Assembly: GCA_963725795.1 (NCBI GenBank)
Contig: CAVRZR010000003.1
Location: 112,362-176,361, forward strand
Source of the DNA: an uncultured Actinomycetes bacterium
GTDB taxonomy: Bacteria > Actinomycetota > Coriobacteriia > Anaerosomatales > CAVRZR01
Direction: 5' to 3'
DNA length: 64,000 bases
Shown: positions 1 to 9,560 of the stretch, one piece after another
How positions within the stretch are numbered: the stretch's first letter is position 1
Layout: every line of letters starts with the position of its first letter
The notes under the pieces: model-generated
What the model was told of the DNA's origin: nothing
The model's database searches: none
Seen by the model: the letters and a program-made list of their open reading frames with translations, nothing else
Position numbers and translations under genes: made by a program

Positions 1-24
1 ACTGTAGCAGGCGGGTGGGGCCCA

Positions 25-1788
25 TCAGGTCGCTCTCGGGAATTCGAGCTCGAACGTGCTCCCCCCGCCCTCTACCGAACTCACGGTCACCTTGCCTCCC
101 GAGCGCTCGACAGCGTGCCGCACGAGAGCCAGACCGAGGCCGGTGCCGCCAGTGCCGCGGGAACGGGCTCGGTCGATGCGGTAGAAGCGCTCGAAGATCC
201 GATCGACTTCGGCCTCGGGTATGCCGCAGCCGGTATCGATGACCTCGATCCTGACAGCTTGCGCGTCGGCACGAAGCCGGACCGTGACACCACCCGCATC
301 GGTGTACGCAAGCGCGTTGTCCAACAGGTTGTCCAGCGCGACGGCGAGGTCAGTAGGATCGGCGGCGGCGAACACGTCCTCACCAGCGAGCGCCGTTTCC
401 TCGAACGTGAGTGCGAGTCCACGCCGGACGGCGACCGGGTTGTGCGCCACCACGGCATTGGCGATGGCGGCGCGGACATCTGTCAGTGAGTCAGGCGCCG
501 GAGACGTCTCAAGTCGGGACAGTTCGAGCAGATCCACCACAAGCCGCTGCAGTCGCTGTGCCTCCTGCTCGATCTGTCGTGCGAACTCGAGCGCCTGGGC
601 ATCGTCTCCGTCCTCGGCTGCGTGCGCGGCTGACATGGCGAGCAATTGGATGCCCGCCACCGGAGTCTTGAGCTCGTGACTAGCGTTGGCCACGAAGTCC
701 CGCCGCACCTGATCGACCCGAGTTCGTTCGGTGACATCCGACACTGCGATCAGAGTGCGCCTGACGCCCTCGATATCCCCGAGTGGCACCGCCGAGATCC
801 GCAAGCTGCGCCCCGTGGGATCGGGGCCGATCTCCTCGGTCTGCGGCGCGGCCGCGGCCGTCATGTCGAACATGCGGGTCGAAAGCGACGCCGGAAGACC
901 AGACGCAAGGACGGGCTGGTTCGCCCACCCGCTCGCTGGAGACCCGAACAGGCGCGAGGCGGCCTCATTCGCGAACCTGACCGTGTGGTCGTCCAGAAGG
1001 AAGACCGCATCCTGCAACCCATCGAGCGCCGACCGCAGGCTCCGTTCTTCGGTCTGCAGCTCGTCGATACGGCGCCGGATCTGGGTCCTGAGTTCTGTCA
1101 GGCTCTGAGCGAGGACCCCCAGTTCACCGGACGGCTGTGGAATGTCCACGCCGAGGTCGCCTCCGGCCATTCGGCGAGCTGCATCAGAGAGACGTTCAAC
1201 AGGATCGGCGAGGCTCCGGCTGACAACCGCGGCTATAGCTGCGGCGGCAACCAGCGCAAATACGAGCAGTGCGAGGCCCAAGCGGCGCGCTCCGGCGACG
1301 ACGGCCTCGATGTCCGCGAGCTTCTCGGAGGCGCGAACGGCCAGCCGTCGACCTTGGGCCGTGCTGGGCACCGCGATGTAGAGCTGTTCCGACCCCTCGG
1401 TCGCCGACACTCGCCTGGCCTCGCCCGTGCGACTTGCGAGCGCTGAGACAATCTCGGGACGGTCGGCGTGATTGGCCATCGACGCCACGACCTCGTTAGA
1501 GTCGGCCAGGACGGTTCCGTCCGATGCCACAATCGTGAGGCGAACGCCGGTCTGCGAACCCAGTGTGGCCGCGACTTCCACTGGCCCCATGTCGGAGGAC
1601 TGCAACAACGTGCTCGCCGACCAGGCGACAGCGAGCAACGAGCGCTTCTGCTGCTCGACGAGGGCGTTCGTCAGTGGGCCGAAGAGACTCCATGTCCATG
1701 CGATGGACACGACGGCCATGACGAGCGCATAGCCGAGAACGAGACGCGCGCGGTACGAACCGGCAAGACGCAAGCTCCGTGTCCTCAC
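25..1788 (-). CDS. phoR: Sensor histidine kinase, PhoR-like (2 TM, HAMP, PAS, HisKA, HATPase_c)
   Basis: ORF 25..1962(-). H-box SHELKTP and G-box GTGGTGLGLALV. Two hydrophobic segments flank an extracytoplasmic loop. Start trimmed to GTG 1786-1788, which overlaps the TGA of the upstream regulator (GTGA). The pair is divergent to pstSCAB. Confidence 0.85.
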   Translation of the reverse strand: MRTRSLRLAGSYRARLVLGYALVMAVVSIAWTWSLFGPLTNALVEQQKRSLLAVAWSASTLLQSSDMGPVEVAATLGSQTGVRLTIVASDGTVLADSNEVVASMANHADRPEIVSALASRTGEARRVSATEGSEQLYIAVPSTAQGRRLAVRASEKLADIEAVVAGARRLGLALLVFALVAAAAIAAVVSRSLADPVERLSDAARRMAGGDLGVDIPQPSGELGVLAQSLTELRTQIRRRIDELQTEERSLRSALDGLQDAVFLLDDHTVRFANEAASRLFGSPASGWANQPVLASGLPASLSTRMFDMTAAAAPQTEEIGPDPTGRSLRISAVPLGDIEGVRRTLIAVSDVTERTRVDQVRRDFVANASHELKTPVAGIQLLAMSAAHAAEDGDDAQALEFARQIEQEAQRLQRLVVDLLELSRLETSPAPDSLTDVRAAIANAVVAHNPVAVRRGLALTFEETALAGEDVFAAADPTDLAVALDNLLDNALAYTDAGGVTVRLRADAQAVRIEVIDTGCGIPEAEVDRIFERFYRIDRARSRGTGGTGLGLALVRHAVERSGGKVTVSSVEGGGSTFELEFPRAT

Positions 1789-2510
1789 GCGCTCGTGTCC
1801 TTCTGTGCATCCGACTCGCCCTTGATCAGAGGTTCGAACCGATAGCCCATTCCGTGCACCGTATGCACGTAGAGATAGTCCGAAGGGTCTTCGATCGCTT
1901 GCCTCAGTCGTCGAATATGGACGTCGATCGTCCGAGAAGAGGGGAGGAATTCGTAGCCCCATACCTCATCGGCCAACCGCTGCCGCGTGCACAGAGCGCC
2001 GGGTCTCGAGGCGAGCGCTACGAGCAGCTGAAACTCCTTGAGCCTGAGTGATGCCGGTTTGCCCTTGACGAACGCACGCAGGCTCTGTGGCTCGATCCTC
2101 AGGTCTCCGCTCTCGATCACTTCCGCCTTCGAGAGGACATCCTGTTTCCGCGCGCGCCTAAGGTTCGCCCGAACGCGCGCGAGCAGCTCCTCTATCGAGA
2201 ACGGCTTGGTGATGTAGTCATCGGCGCCGGCGTCAAGACCCCGGATCTTGTCTCGCTCTTGATCGAGGGCCGTCACCATGATGATGGGGACCTCGCTACC
2301 CGTGCGCCTGATCTCCTCGGCGACCTGGTAGCCATCGAGTCCAGGCAGCATCAGGTCCAGCAACACGAGGTCGGGGTTGAGCGTCTTCGCCAACCGTAGC
2401 GCCTCCTCGCCGTCAGCCGAGCCGTGAGCTTCGAAGCCGGCGCGACGAAGAGCGTATTCCACCGTAGTCCGGATGACCGGGTCATCTTCAACGACAAGGA
2501 TTGCAGCCAC
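1785..2510 (-). CDS. phoP: OmpR/PhoB-family response regulator (receiver + winged helix)
   Basis: ORF 1785..2624(-). Receiver motifs ILVVEDDP, DLVLLDLMLPGLDG and KPF; C-terminal trans_reg_C region (TIDVHIRRLR, VHTVHGMGYRF). Start trimmed to GTG 2508-2510, because the upstream 38 codons run into the AT-rich promoter region. Confidence 0.85.
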   Translation of the reverse strand: MAAILVVEDDPVIRTTVEYALRRAGFEAHGSADGEEALRLAKTLNPDLVLLDLMLPGLDGYQVAEEIRRTGSEVPIIMVTALDQERDKIRGLDAGADDYITKPFSIEELLARVRANLRRARKQDVLSKAEVIESGDLRIEPQSLRAFVKGKPASLRLKEFQLLVALASRPGALCTRQRLADEVWGYEFLPSSRTIDVHIRRLRQAIEDPSDYLYVHTVHGMGYRFEPLIKGESDAQKDTSA

Positions 2511-2581
2511 GCGTGTTCCGTTCCGCGAGGGGATTGTCCGAGGGTGAATGATGGCACGCCCCACGGCGGTCGGCGAGGCAT

Positions 2582-2630
2582 TTAACAAAAGTTTCACATC
2601 TGCCGGTCCATAAGTAACATCCATGCAACC
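2582..2630. promoter_or_regulatory. Candidate Pho boxes in the phoP / pstS divergent intergenic region
   Basis: Hexamers TTAACA (2582), TTCACA (2593), GTAACA (2614) and GCAACC (2625), forming two pairs with 11-bp phasing. They resemble the TT(A/T/C)ACA direct repeats bound by Gram-positive PhoP. This is the least GC-rich stretch of the intergenic region. Confidence 0.45.
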
Positions 2631-2714
2631 ACCCGAGGCGCACTCATCCCTAGCATGTGCGGCGGAACGGTATCCATCCGTTCGAGAAACCGTCCGCTCA
2701 TAAAGGGAGTGAAC

Positions 2715-3587
2715 GTGAAGCGCACTTGGCTCATCGCAGTACTTACGCTCGTCCTTGCTCTTGGTGCCTTCGGTCTTGCCGGATGTGGAGGCGGTTCGGC
2801 CGCGGGTTCGTCGACCTCAGCGGACTCTGGGCTCGCTGGCTCGTTGAACGTCGAGGGATCGGACACGATGGTGAATCTCGCCAACGTGTGGGCAGAGCAG
2901 TTCATGACGGAGAACCCGAACGTGAACATCGCGGTCAAGGGCGGCGGTTCGGGCAACGGAATCGCTGCTCTCATCAACGGCACGGCCGACCTTGCCAACG
3001 CGTCTCGCGAGATGAAAGACGAAGAGATCGCGCAGGCGAAGACAAACGGCGTGAACCCCGTCGAGACGGCCGTCGCGCGCGACGGAATCGCTGTCGTCGT
3101 GAACCCGGCGAACGTCGCGAGCGCGCTGACAATGGACCAGCTCGGCAAGATCTACCGTGGCGAGGTCACCAACTGGAAGGACGTCGGTGGCGCCGACGAG
3201 GAGATCGTCCTACTGTCCCGTGACTCCTCATCAGGCACGTACGAGTACTTCAAGGAAGCCGTAGTCGGCAAGGACAAGAACTACGCGAAGTCCGCGAAGC
3301 TGCTCCCGTCCACGCAGGCCATCGTCGACGAGACCAAGGCGAACAAGGCGGCGATCGGCTACATCGGCGTCGGCTACGAGACCCCCGATGTGTCGGTCCT
3401 CAAGGTCGACGGCGTGGCTGCGTCGGTCGATACGGTTCTCGATGGCAGCTACGTGCTCAGCCGCAAGCTCTATATGTACAGCAACGGCGAGCCGGCAGGC
3501 GCGGCGAAGTCCTTCGTCGACTGGGTCCTCGGTCCCGAGGGTCAGAAGGTCGTCGAAGACGAGGGCTTCGTCCCGCTCGGAGAGTAG
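2715..3587 (+). CDS. pstS: Phosphate ABC transporter substrate-binding lipoprotein PstS
   Basis: ORF 2655..3587. Lipobox LAGC after a signal peptide, and typical PstS core (GSDTM, GGGSGNGI, SRDSSSGT). RBS AAGGGAG at 2702-2708. The start is GTG 2715 or GTG 2709. Confidence 0.9.
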   Translation: MKRTWLIAVLTLVLALGAFGLAGCGGGSAAGSSTSADSGLAGSLNVEGSDTMVNLANVWAEQFMTENPNVNIAVKGGGSGNGIAALINGTADLANASREMKDEEIAQAKTNGVNPVETAVARDGIAVVVNPANVASALTMDQLGKIYRGEVTNWKDVGGADEEIVLLSRDSSSGTYEYFKEAVVGKDKNYAKSAKLLPSTQAIVDETKANKAAIGYIGVGYETPDVSVLKVDGVAASVDTVLDGSYVLSRKLYMYSNGEPAGAAKSFVDWVLGPEGQKVVEDEGFVPLGE

Positions 3588-4556
3588 ATGGCTGAGACAC
3601 CCGCGTCAGCGGCGGCGAAGCAGCCCGCTCCTCCACGGCGCTCAGTAGCATCGAGCCACATCATCGGCCGCCGGGCGTACGCCCCGGTGGCCGAGACCGT
3701 ACTCCGCTGGCTTATCTACGCTTCAGGCTGGATGGCTATCATCATCCTCGGCGCGATCATGCTGTTCCTGGCGATCAACGCCGTCCAAGCCCTTGAGGTG
3801 AATGGGCTGTGGGCCATGCTCAAAGGAGACGCGTGGTTCCCGACGGGCACCCCAGCTTCGTTCGGTTTCCTGCCGTCCATCGTCGGCTCCCTCTGGATCA
3901 CCTTGGTCGCGGTCGGCGCCGCCGTGCCTGCCGGGCTTGCATCTGCTGTCTTCATCTCGGAGTTCGCCGGGAGTCGCGTCAAGGAGACGACCAAGTCGAT
4001 CATCGAGTTCATGGCCGCGATCCCGTCGGTGGTGCTCGGCATGATAGGCATCTTCATCGGCGTTCCGTTCGTGAAGGAGACGCTCGGGCTTAGCACAGGT
4101 CTGACGGCACTCACAGCCGGACTCTTCGTTGGATTCATGGCGCTACCCACCATCGTCTCCATCTCCGAAGACGCCTTGCACGCCGTTCCGGACTCCCTGC
4201 GGTTCGGCTCTCTGGCGCTTGGCAACAACCGCTGGCAAACGACCTACAAGGTCGTCATTCCCGCAGCCTCGTCGGGCATCTTCGCGGCCGTGATGCTGGG
4301 AGTGGGACGCGCCATCGGCGAAACGATGGTCGTCCTCATGCTCGCGGGCAACTCGGGCCTCGTCACCAAGACGCCCTTGGAGTCGGTAAGGAGCCTACCC
4401 GGCACTATCGCCAACGAAATGGGCGAGGTAGTCCAAGGCGGGCTGCACTACTCGACGCTGTTCGCGATGGGGCTCTCGTTGTTCGTGATCACGTTCTTGA
4501 TCAATTTGGCCGCCGATGCCGTCCTGCAGAGGCAACGGGCACGGTGGCGCAGATGA
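3588..4556 (+). CDS. pstC: Phosphate ABC transporter permease PstC
   Basis: ORF 3588..4556. Multi-TM protein with the EAA-type loop (ALPTIVSISEDALHAVP). Position is between pstS and pstA. Confidence 0.9.
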   Translation: MAETPASAAAKQPAPPRRSVASSHIIGRRAYAPVAETVLRWLIYASGWMAIIILGAIMLFLAINAVQALEVNGLWAMLKGDAWFPTGTPASFGFLPSIVGSLWITLVAVGAAVPAGLASAVFISEFAGSRVKETTKSIIEFMAAIPSVVLGMIGIFIGVPFVKETLGLSTGLTALTAGLFVGFMALPTIVSISEDALHAVPDSLRFGSLALGNNRWQTTYKVVIPAASSGIFAAVMLGVGRAIGETMVVLMLAGNSGLVTKTPLESVRSLPGTIANEMGEVVQGGLHYSTLFAMGLSLFVITFLINLAADAVLQRQRARWRR

Positions 4557-5413
4557 CGACACGTGCGCAACGCGCCCGGATGCTGCAATGGTGTGCGATG
4601 TCCATCACTGGTCTGGCCACGTTGTTCGTGGTGGGGATCGCGGTCTTGTTCCTGGGACTGATCTTCGTCAGAGGAATCGGCGCCATCTCATGGGACTTCC
4701 TCACCATGCCGCCGCGGATGGGGATGCGCGAGGGCGGCATCTACCCGGTGATCATCGGCACGTTGCTCCTGACGGTGGGCACCGCGTTCTTCATGCTGCC
4801 GATCGGGATCGGCGCGGGCATCTACCTCTCGGAGTTCGCGCCCAAGGGCAGGTCGACCCGGCTCATCCGGCTCGCAATCGCGAACATGGCCGGCGTGCCC
4901 TCTATCGTCTACGGCCTCTTCGGCCTCGCGGTCTTCGTCATGACCGGAGGCATGGGGGCATCGATCGTCGCAGGCTCGCTCACGCTGGCTTGTCTTAGTC
5001 TGCCCGTCGTCATCACGGCTACCGAGGAGGCGCTACAGCAGGTACCGACCGATCTTCGGCACGCCTCCTTGGCCGTGGGTGCGAGTCGCCTGCGGACGAT
5101 CGGGAAGGTGATCCTGCCTGCAGCTGCGCCCGGGATCGTCACGGGTTCCATCCTTGCCCTGTCGCGAGCAGCCGGCGAGACGGCACCGATCATCTTCACT
5201 GCGGCCGCGTTCTCTCTCCCGCAGCTCCCGGATTCGCCGCTTTCGAAGGTGATGGCGCTCCCGTATCACATCTACGTGCTGGCGACGCAGATCCCGCGTC
5301 GTCCCGACGACATCATCTGGGGCACGGCATTCGTGCTCGTTTTCGGCATCGGCATCGTCAACATGAGCGCCGCGTTGTGGCGTTCGGCTCGGAGAAAGAA
5401 GGTTCGATGGTGA
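4544..5413 (+). CDS. pstA: Phosphate ABC transporter permease PstA
   Basis: ORF 4544..5413. Multi-TM protein with loop [16 protein letters not shown]. Overlaps pstC and pstB, as in coupled operons. Confidence 0.9.
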   Translation: MAQMTTRAQRARMLQWCAMSITGLATLFVVGIAVLFLGLIFVRGIGAISWDFLTMPPRMGMREGGIYPVIIGTLLLTVGTAFFMLPIGIGAGIYLSEFAPKGRSTRLIRLAIANMAGVPSIVYGLFGLAVFVMTGGMGASIVAGSLTLACLSLPVVITATEEALQQVPTDLRHASLAVGASRLRTIGKVILPAAAPGIVTGSILALSRAAGETAPIIFTAAAFSLPQLPDSPLSKVMALPYHIYVLATQIPRRPDDIIWGTAFVLVFGIGIVNMSAALWRSARRKKVRW

Positions 5414-6348
5414 ACGGCAACTCCGTGGCGCTTGAGTCAATGACACGATCGCGTTCCGCACCTGAGAGCACCGACGCTCAGGTCCGGCTGCTTCATGGGC
5501 TGCCGACCGTAGCGGATGAGACTCCGTCAATCGATCTGAGCACTGAATCCGAGTTGGCGGTTGTCTCCTGTGCCGGCCCGGGGAGTTTCGCTCTACGCGA
5601 TGTCTCCGTGGCGTACGGGAGGGAGCTGGCCATCGCCGGCGTGAAGATGCAGATTCCCTCGCGCAGCGTCACGGCGTTGATCGGACCATCAGGCTGCGGC
5701 AAGTCCACGCTACTGCGCTGTCTTAACCGAATGAACGACGAACTTGGCAACGTTCGCATCGGCGGCACCGTGATGCTCGACGGCATCGATATCTACGACC
5801 GCTCGGTGGATCCCGCCGACCTCAGGCGCCGCGTCGGCCAAGTGTTCCAGAAGCCGAACCCGTTTCCGATGTCCATCTATGACAACGTCGCGTACGGGCC
5901 GCGCACCCACGGCATGAAGAGGCGCTCCGAGCTCGACGCGCTCGTGAAGGAGTCCCTGGAGCGTGCCGCGCTCTGGAACGAGGTGAAGAACTCACTCAAG
6001 AAACACGCTTTCGAACTCTCCGGAGGCCAGCAGCAGCGCCTCTGCATCGCTCGCGCTCTCGCAACCAAGCCCGAAGTGCTGCTCATGGACGAGCCCGCCT
6101 CGGCGCTCGATCCCATATCGACTCAGCAAGTAGAGGACACCATCGCCGAGTTGAAGGCCACCGTCACCGTCGTTATCGTCACCCACAACATGCAGCAAGC
6201 ATCGCGCATATCCGACCGTACCGCCTTCATGCTTCGTGAGAGCACCGACGAGCCTGCCGGCCTGATCGAATTCGGCGACACCAAGACGATCTTCACGAGC
6301 CCGAGAGACAGCCGCACGGAGTCATACATCACAGGGCGTTTCGGGTAG
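5407..6348 (+). CDS. pstB: Phosphate ABC transporter ATP-binding protein PstB (about 60-aa N-terminal extension)
   Basis: ORF 5377..6348. Walker [10 protein letters not shown], signature LSGGQQQRL, Walker [12 protein letters not shown] and the PstB C-terminal YITGRFG. ATG 5407 overlaps the pstA stop. Confidence 0.9.
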   Translation: MVNGNSVALESMTRSRSAPESTDAQVRLLHGLPTVADETPSIDLSTESELAVVSCAGPGSFALRDVSVAYGRELAIAGVKMQIPSRSVTALIGPSGCGKSTLLRCLNRMNDELGNVRIGGTVMLDGIDIYDRSVDPADLRRRVGQVFQKPNPFPMSIYDNVAYGPRTHGMKRRSELDALVKESLERAALWNEVKNSLKKHAFELSGGQQQRLCIARALATKPEVLLMDEPASALDPISTQQVEDTIAELKATVTVVIVTHNMQQASRISDRTAFMLRESTDEPAGLIEFGDTKTIFTSPRDSRTESYITGRFG

Positions 6349-6422
6349 ACGCACCGGATCGTCGTGCGCGCCGCGACGCGGAGAACGCGAACCAGGTCTT
6401 GTCGGCCCCTCTGAAAGCCCTA

Positions 6423-6971
6423 CTACTTTCCGCTGGATACGATGACCGCGACCTGCGTGCCGACGGACACTTCTCGGCCGCCCGCCGGCGTCTGGTAGAC
6501 GACTTCCTGAACCGGCTTGCCGCTGCCATCCATCTCGAACGACGCTGCCTGCAGATTCACGTCCGCAAGGGCGGCGGTCGCAGCGTCACGCGACTTGCCG
6601 ACGACGCTCGGCACCTTCGCCGTCGCGGTTCCTTGGGGTGCGGGCCCGAGTGAGACCAGGATCGCGACGTCCGTGCCCTTGGGCACGGACGTGCCCGCAG
6701 GTGGAACCTGACTCAGCACCTGGTCGACCGCGGCAACGTCGTTGTACACGTCGATCCGCTGCGGCACGAGGCCCAGATCTTCGAGCCGCTGAGTGGCGAC
6801 GTCGACGGTCTCGTTGGCGACCTCCAGGACAGTGACTTGCCCAGCTGTCTGCTCAGCCGTCTGCTCCGGCGAGTTGCCGTCGTCGCCCGACGACCCCCCT
6901 GTGCAGCCGACAAGCGCGAATAGCGATGTGACCACCAGTAGGGCAAGGACGTGCCGCGTGCACTTCTTCAA
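6423..6971 (-). CDS. Lipoprotein made only of two PASTA domains
   Basis: ORF 6423..6971(-). Signal peptide plus lipobox LVGC. Two PASTA-like units (VLEVANETVDVATQRLEDLGL..., VPSVVGKSRDAATAALADVNL...). Confidence 0.7.
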   Translation of the reverse strand: MKKCTRHVLALLVVTSLFALVGCTGGSSGDDGNSPEQTAEQTAGQVTVLEVANETVDVATQRLEDLGLVPQRIDVYNDVAAVDQVLSQVPPAGTSVPKGTDVAILVSLGPAPQGTATAKVPSVVGKSRDAATAALADVNLQAASFEMDGSGKPVQEVVYQTPAGGREVSVGTQVAVIVSSGK

Positions 6972-7258
6972 CGGTTGCCGCCTCTCGATCGTGTTTCTGC
7001 TCCGTCAAGAGTACGACACGCGCGTGACGAAGCGAATCTCTCATGCCGTTCGAACTCCTCTTCGGACGAGGCAAAAGCCTCGCAGATGCTCGTCTCGACC
7101 TCGAGGGCTGCGACGATGGAACGATACTTGCCATTTCATCCGCCTCGGGCGACAGCCGGTTCTAAGTGCTGCCGGCACCGGCCGAGGACCCCGCTATCAG
7201 CCAGACCGCGCCGGTTCGAACCAAGTCGGCGCGGCAGGCTCAGACGGTAGGAGAACGC

Positions 7259-8002
7259 GTGCGCATCTTCGTCTGTTTCGACGACACCGATACGCTCGAC
7301 TGCGGCCGAGGGACGGGCAAGCTCGTGCGCTGGTTCGGCGACGCGTTGCCGAGCGGCTGTTCGCTCCGGGGAGTGGTGCGGCAACAGCTGTTGATAGATC
7401 CCGCGATCCCGTACACGTCTCACAACAGCTCCGCGTGCGCCATCATCGATGCGCCGGATGACAACGTGGTGCCGGAGCTGATCGAGCGGGCGAGCGCTCA
7501 CATCGCGCGGCACTTCGTCGAGGGCAGTGACCCCGGGCTCTGCGTTGTTTCCGACGACGATCCGGCCATGGACAGCCTACAGGCGTTCGGCCATCGGGCG
7601 GCCGTCGAGGTCGTCACGCAAGCGGATGCGGTTGCCGCAGCTGCGGGAGCGCATCTCTCGGGGCACGGGGGAACGAACGATGGCATCATCGGAGCCGCTG
7701 CAGGCGCGGGACTCACCTCGTGGGGATGGTCCGGTCGGTTCGTGGAGTACTCACCGAAGCTGCGTGGCTTCGGCGAAGAGGTGACCGTAGCCGACCTGAC
7801 GGATGCCGGCATGCTCGTGTTGCCGGTCGATCGCAACGTCGTAGCACCCAAGCGAGCCGACGTGGTGGAGACTCGGGGCTGGCTGCGGCCCCAGTTGTGG
7901 GGCGGCGTCGCCGCGGTGCCCGTCACGTGCGTTGGGCCGGGACGGTGGCTGGCGTTTGGCAGGCGACGCTTCGTCGAAGTGTCGTCAGACGCTGCCGAGT
8001 AG
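7259..8002 (+). CDS. Hypothetical protein with a TiaS-like N-terminal DDTD motif
   Basis: ORF 7166..8002. GTG 7259 is preceded by GGTAGGAG. The N-terminus RIFVCFDDTDTLDCGRGTGKL resembles the IGIDDTDS...CTT start of archaeal tRNA(Ile2) agmatidine synthetase. This is a motif-level match only. Confidence 0.4.
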   Translation: MRIFVCFDDTDTLDCGRGTGKLVRWFGDALPSGCSLRGVVRQQLLIDPAIPYTSHNSSACAIIDAPDDNVVPELIERASAHIARHFVEGSDPGLCVVSDDDPAMDSLQAFGHRAAVEVVTQADAVAAAAGAHLSGHGGTNDGIIGAAAGAGLTSWGWSGRFVEYSPKLRGFGEEVTVADLTDAGMLVLPVDRNVVAPKRADVVETRGWLRPQLWGGVAAVPVTCVGPGRWLAFGRRRFVEVSSDAAE

Positions 8003-8066
8003 ACGAACCCGCGCAGCTGCGACTGGCGGTGGGTCGACTGGCCGCCGGCGCCTCACGGGGCTGTGA

Positions 8067-8738
8067 TCACTCGCTTTCGCCCACGGCGGACACGAACCAC
8101 GAACCGCCGACATCGAGAACGACGAACGAGACCCCCGCCAACAGGACGATCGCCAGGAGCACCAGGCCGACTGCAAGGGCCAGGCTCCGCATCCGGGAGG
8201 GTCCGGAAGCGCTCGAGCCATCCACGGTCACGACCCTCCAGGCGCTCGTCGTGCGGACGATGCCGATGCCGGTAATGATCATGCCGGGGCTTCTCGATCC
8301 GCCCCGTCTCCAGGGGCGCCACACGTAGAACGGCCAGGCCAAGGCGACCGCCCCGAGGGCGAGAGCCAGGACCACGCTGGGGATTCGAGGGTGCCCTGCC
8401 ACCGCGAGCACGTAGAGCGGGATCGCGGCAGCGATCGGCAGGGAGATGCCGACGAGGATGTCGATGGGCGCGGCGATCCCAAGGCGCCACCACACGCCCG
8501 ACGACATCTCCGTGCCCCCTCGGCCACGTTCGACAAGGAGGGTCTGCGCGAGTTCGGCCGGATCGCCGAGTTGCTCGATCTCCTGCTGCGCCCGCTGAGG
8601 CCCCACCGTGGCGGCGTCCACCAGGAGCGAGCGGATCTCGCTCACGACTTCGTCGGCGTCATCCGCGCCGCCCGCGATCAGCCCGCCACGCAATTCGGCC
8701 AGATAGTCGTCGATGATCTCCGACGCCGGACGCGTCAT
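8067..8738 (-). CDS. Membrane protein with DUF1700/HAAS-type N-terminal helical domain (PadR partner)
   Basis: ORF 8067..8786(-). N-terminus MTRPASEIIDDYLAELRGGL...VSEIRSLL is typical of PadR-associated sensors and is followed by about 4 TM segments. ATG 8736-8738 overlaps the PadR stop (ATGA). Confidence 0.6.
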   Translation of the reverse strand: MTRPASEIIDDYLAELRGGLIAGGADDADEVVSEIRSLLVDAATVGPQRAQQEIEQLGDPAELAQTLLVERGRGGTEMSSGVWWRLGIAAPIDILVGISLPIAAAIPLYVLAVAGHPRIPSVVLALALGAVALAWPFYVWRPWRRGGSRSPGMIITGIGIVRTTSAWRVVTVDGSSASGPSRMRSLALAVGLVLLAIVLLAGVSFVVLDVGGSWFVSAVGESE

Positions 8739-9076
8739 TTGTCTTCCCCCTTGAGAGTCCGCATGGCTTCGCCGATTCGCTGCCACTCAACCTGGGCCCG
8801 CGCGAGGAACTCGGTACCTTCGGCAGTCAGTTCGTAGTACTTGCGAGGGTTCCCCTGCGTCTCGGTATCCCACGACGCGGCAACAAGGCCGTCGGCCTCG
8901 AGCCGTTTCAGAACCGGATAGACGGTGCTCAAACCGGCGACGATATTGCCCAGGTCCTCGAGCGCCTGCAAGATCCCATATCCGTGCATGCGGCCGCGAC
9001 TGCTGAGGAGCTGGAGCACGAACAGCTCGACGATGCCCTTGCGCGTCTGGGCGAGCCACGCCACCAACAGATCCAC
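8735..9076 (-). CDS. PadR-family transcriptional regulator
   Basis: ORF 8735..9127(-). Motifs IVELFVLQLLSSRGRMHGYGILQALE, VYPVLKRLEADGLV and RKYYELTAEG. GTG 9074-9076 is preceded by AGGAGGAGG. Confidence 0.85.
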   Translation of the reverse strand: MDLLVAWLAQTRKGIVELFVLQLLSSRGRMHGYGILQALEDLGNIVAGLSTVYPVLKRLEADGLVAASWDTETQGNPRKYYELTAEGTEFLARAQVEWQRIGEAMRTLKGEDK

Positions 9077-9210
9077 GTGCCTCCTCCTGGGGCCGATTCG
9101 TCCTGCCTCTTCCGGGAAATAATACACCTTGCAATCTATTACGCATTGTATAGTATTACGTTAGACGTACCTGAGAACGGACGGTCCCGCTCCTGGAGGA
9201 GGAATGCCCA

Positions 9211-9555
9211 ATGGCCGACTTCGACCCCATGAAGTTCTTCGCTCTGTGGATGTTCACGCACGACCAGGCCGACGACCTCATGGTCCAGTCGGTCGAGCGG
9301 GGCAGGACCGCGACCGCCGAAGGCATGTCGGGCGGGCCGGACGCGTTCACGGACGGGTTCATGGCCATGGTCGCCGAGGAGAAGGCGCGTCTCAAAGAAC
9401 AGATCGCGTCCGGCGGAACCGATGTGCAAGCTGGTCCGATGGACGAGCGTCTCGACGAGATCCGATTCGAGGTGGCGGAGGTCCGGGGCCGACTGGACCA
9501 GATGCAGGCGGTGCTCGATGCCGTGGCGGCGCATCTCGCGGTCCAGGCAGGCTAG
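9211..9555 (+). CDS. Hypothetical small helical/coiled-coil protein
   Basis: ORF 9211..9555. Acidic composition that looks like real coding sequence, and it ends 5 nt before the UbiB-like start. No family recognised. Confidence 0.45.
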   Translation: MADFDPMKFFALWMFTHDQADDLMVQSVERGRTATAEGMSGGPDAFTDGFMAMVAEEKARLKEQIASGGTDVQAGPMDERLDEIRFEVAEVRGRLDQMQAVLDAVAAHLAVQAG

Positions 9556-9560
9556 TCGCG

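Noticed and set aside
9204-9560. N-terminal 119 codons of ORF 9204..10916
   Set aside because: This part overlaps ORF 9211..9555 in another frame and translates to Arg/Gly-rich sequence. The UbiB homology begins only after ATG 9561.
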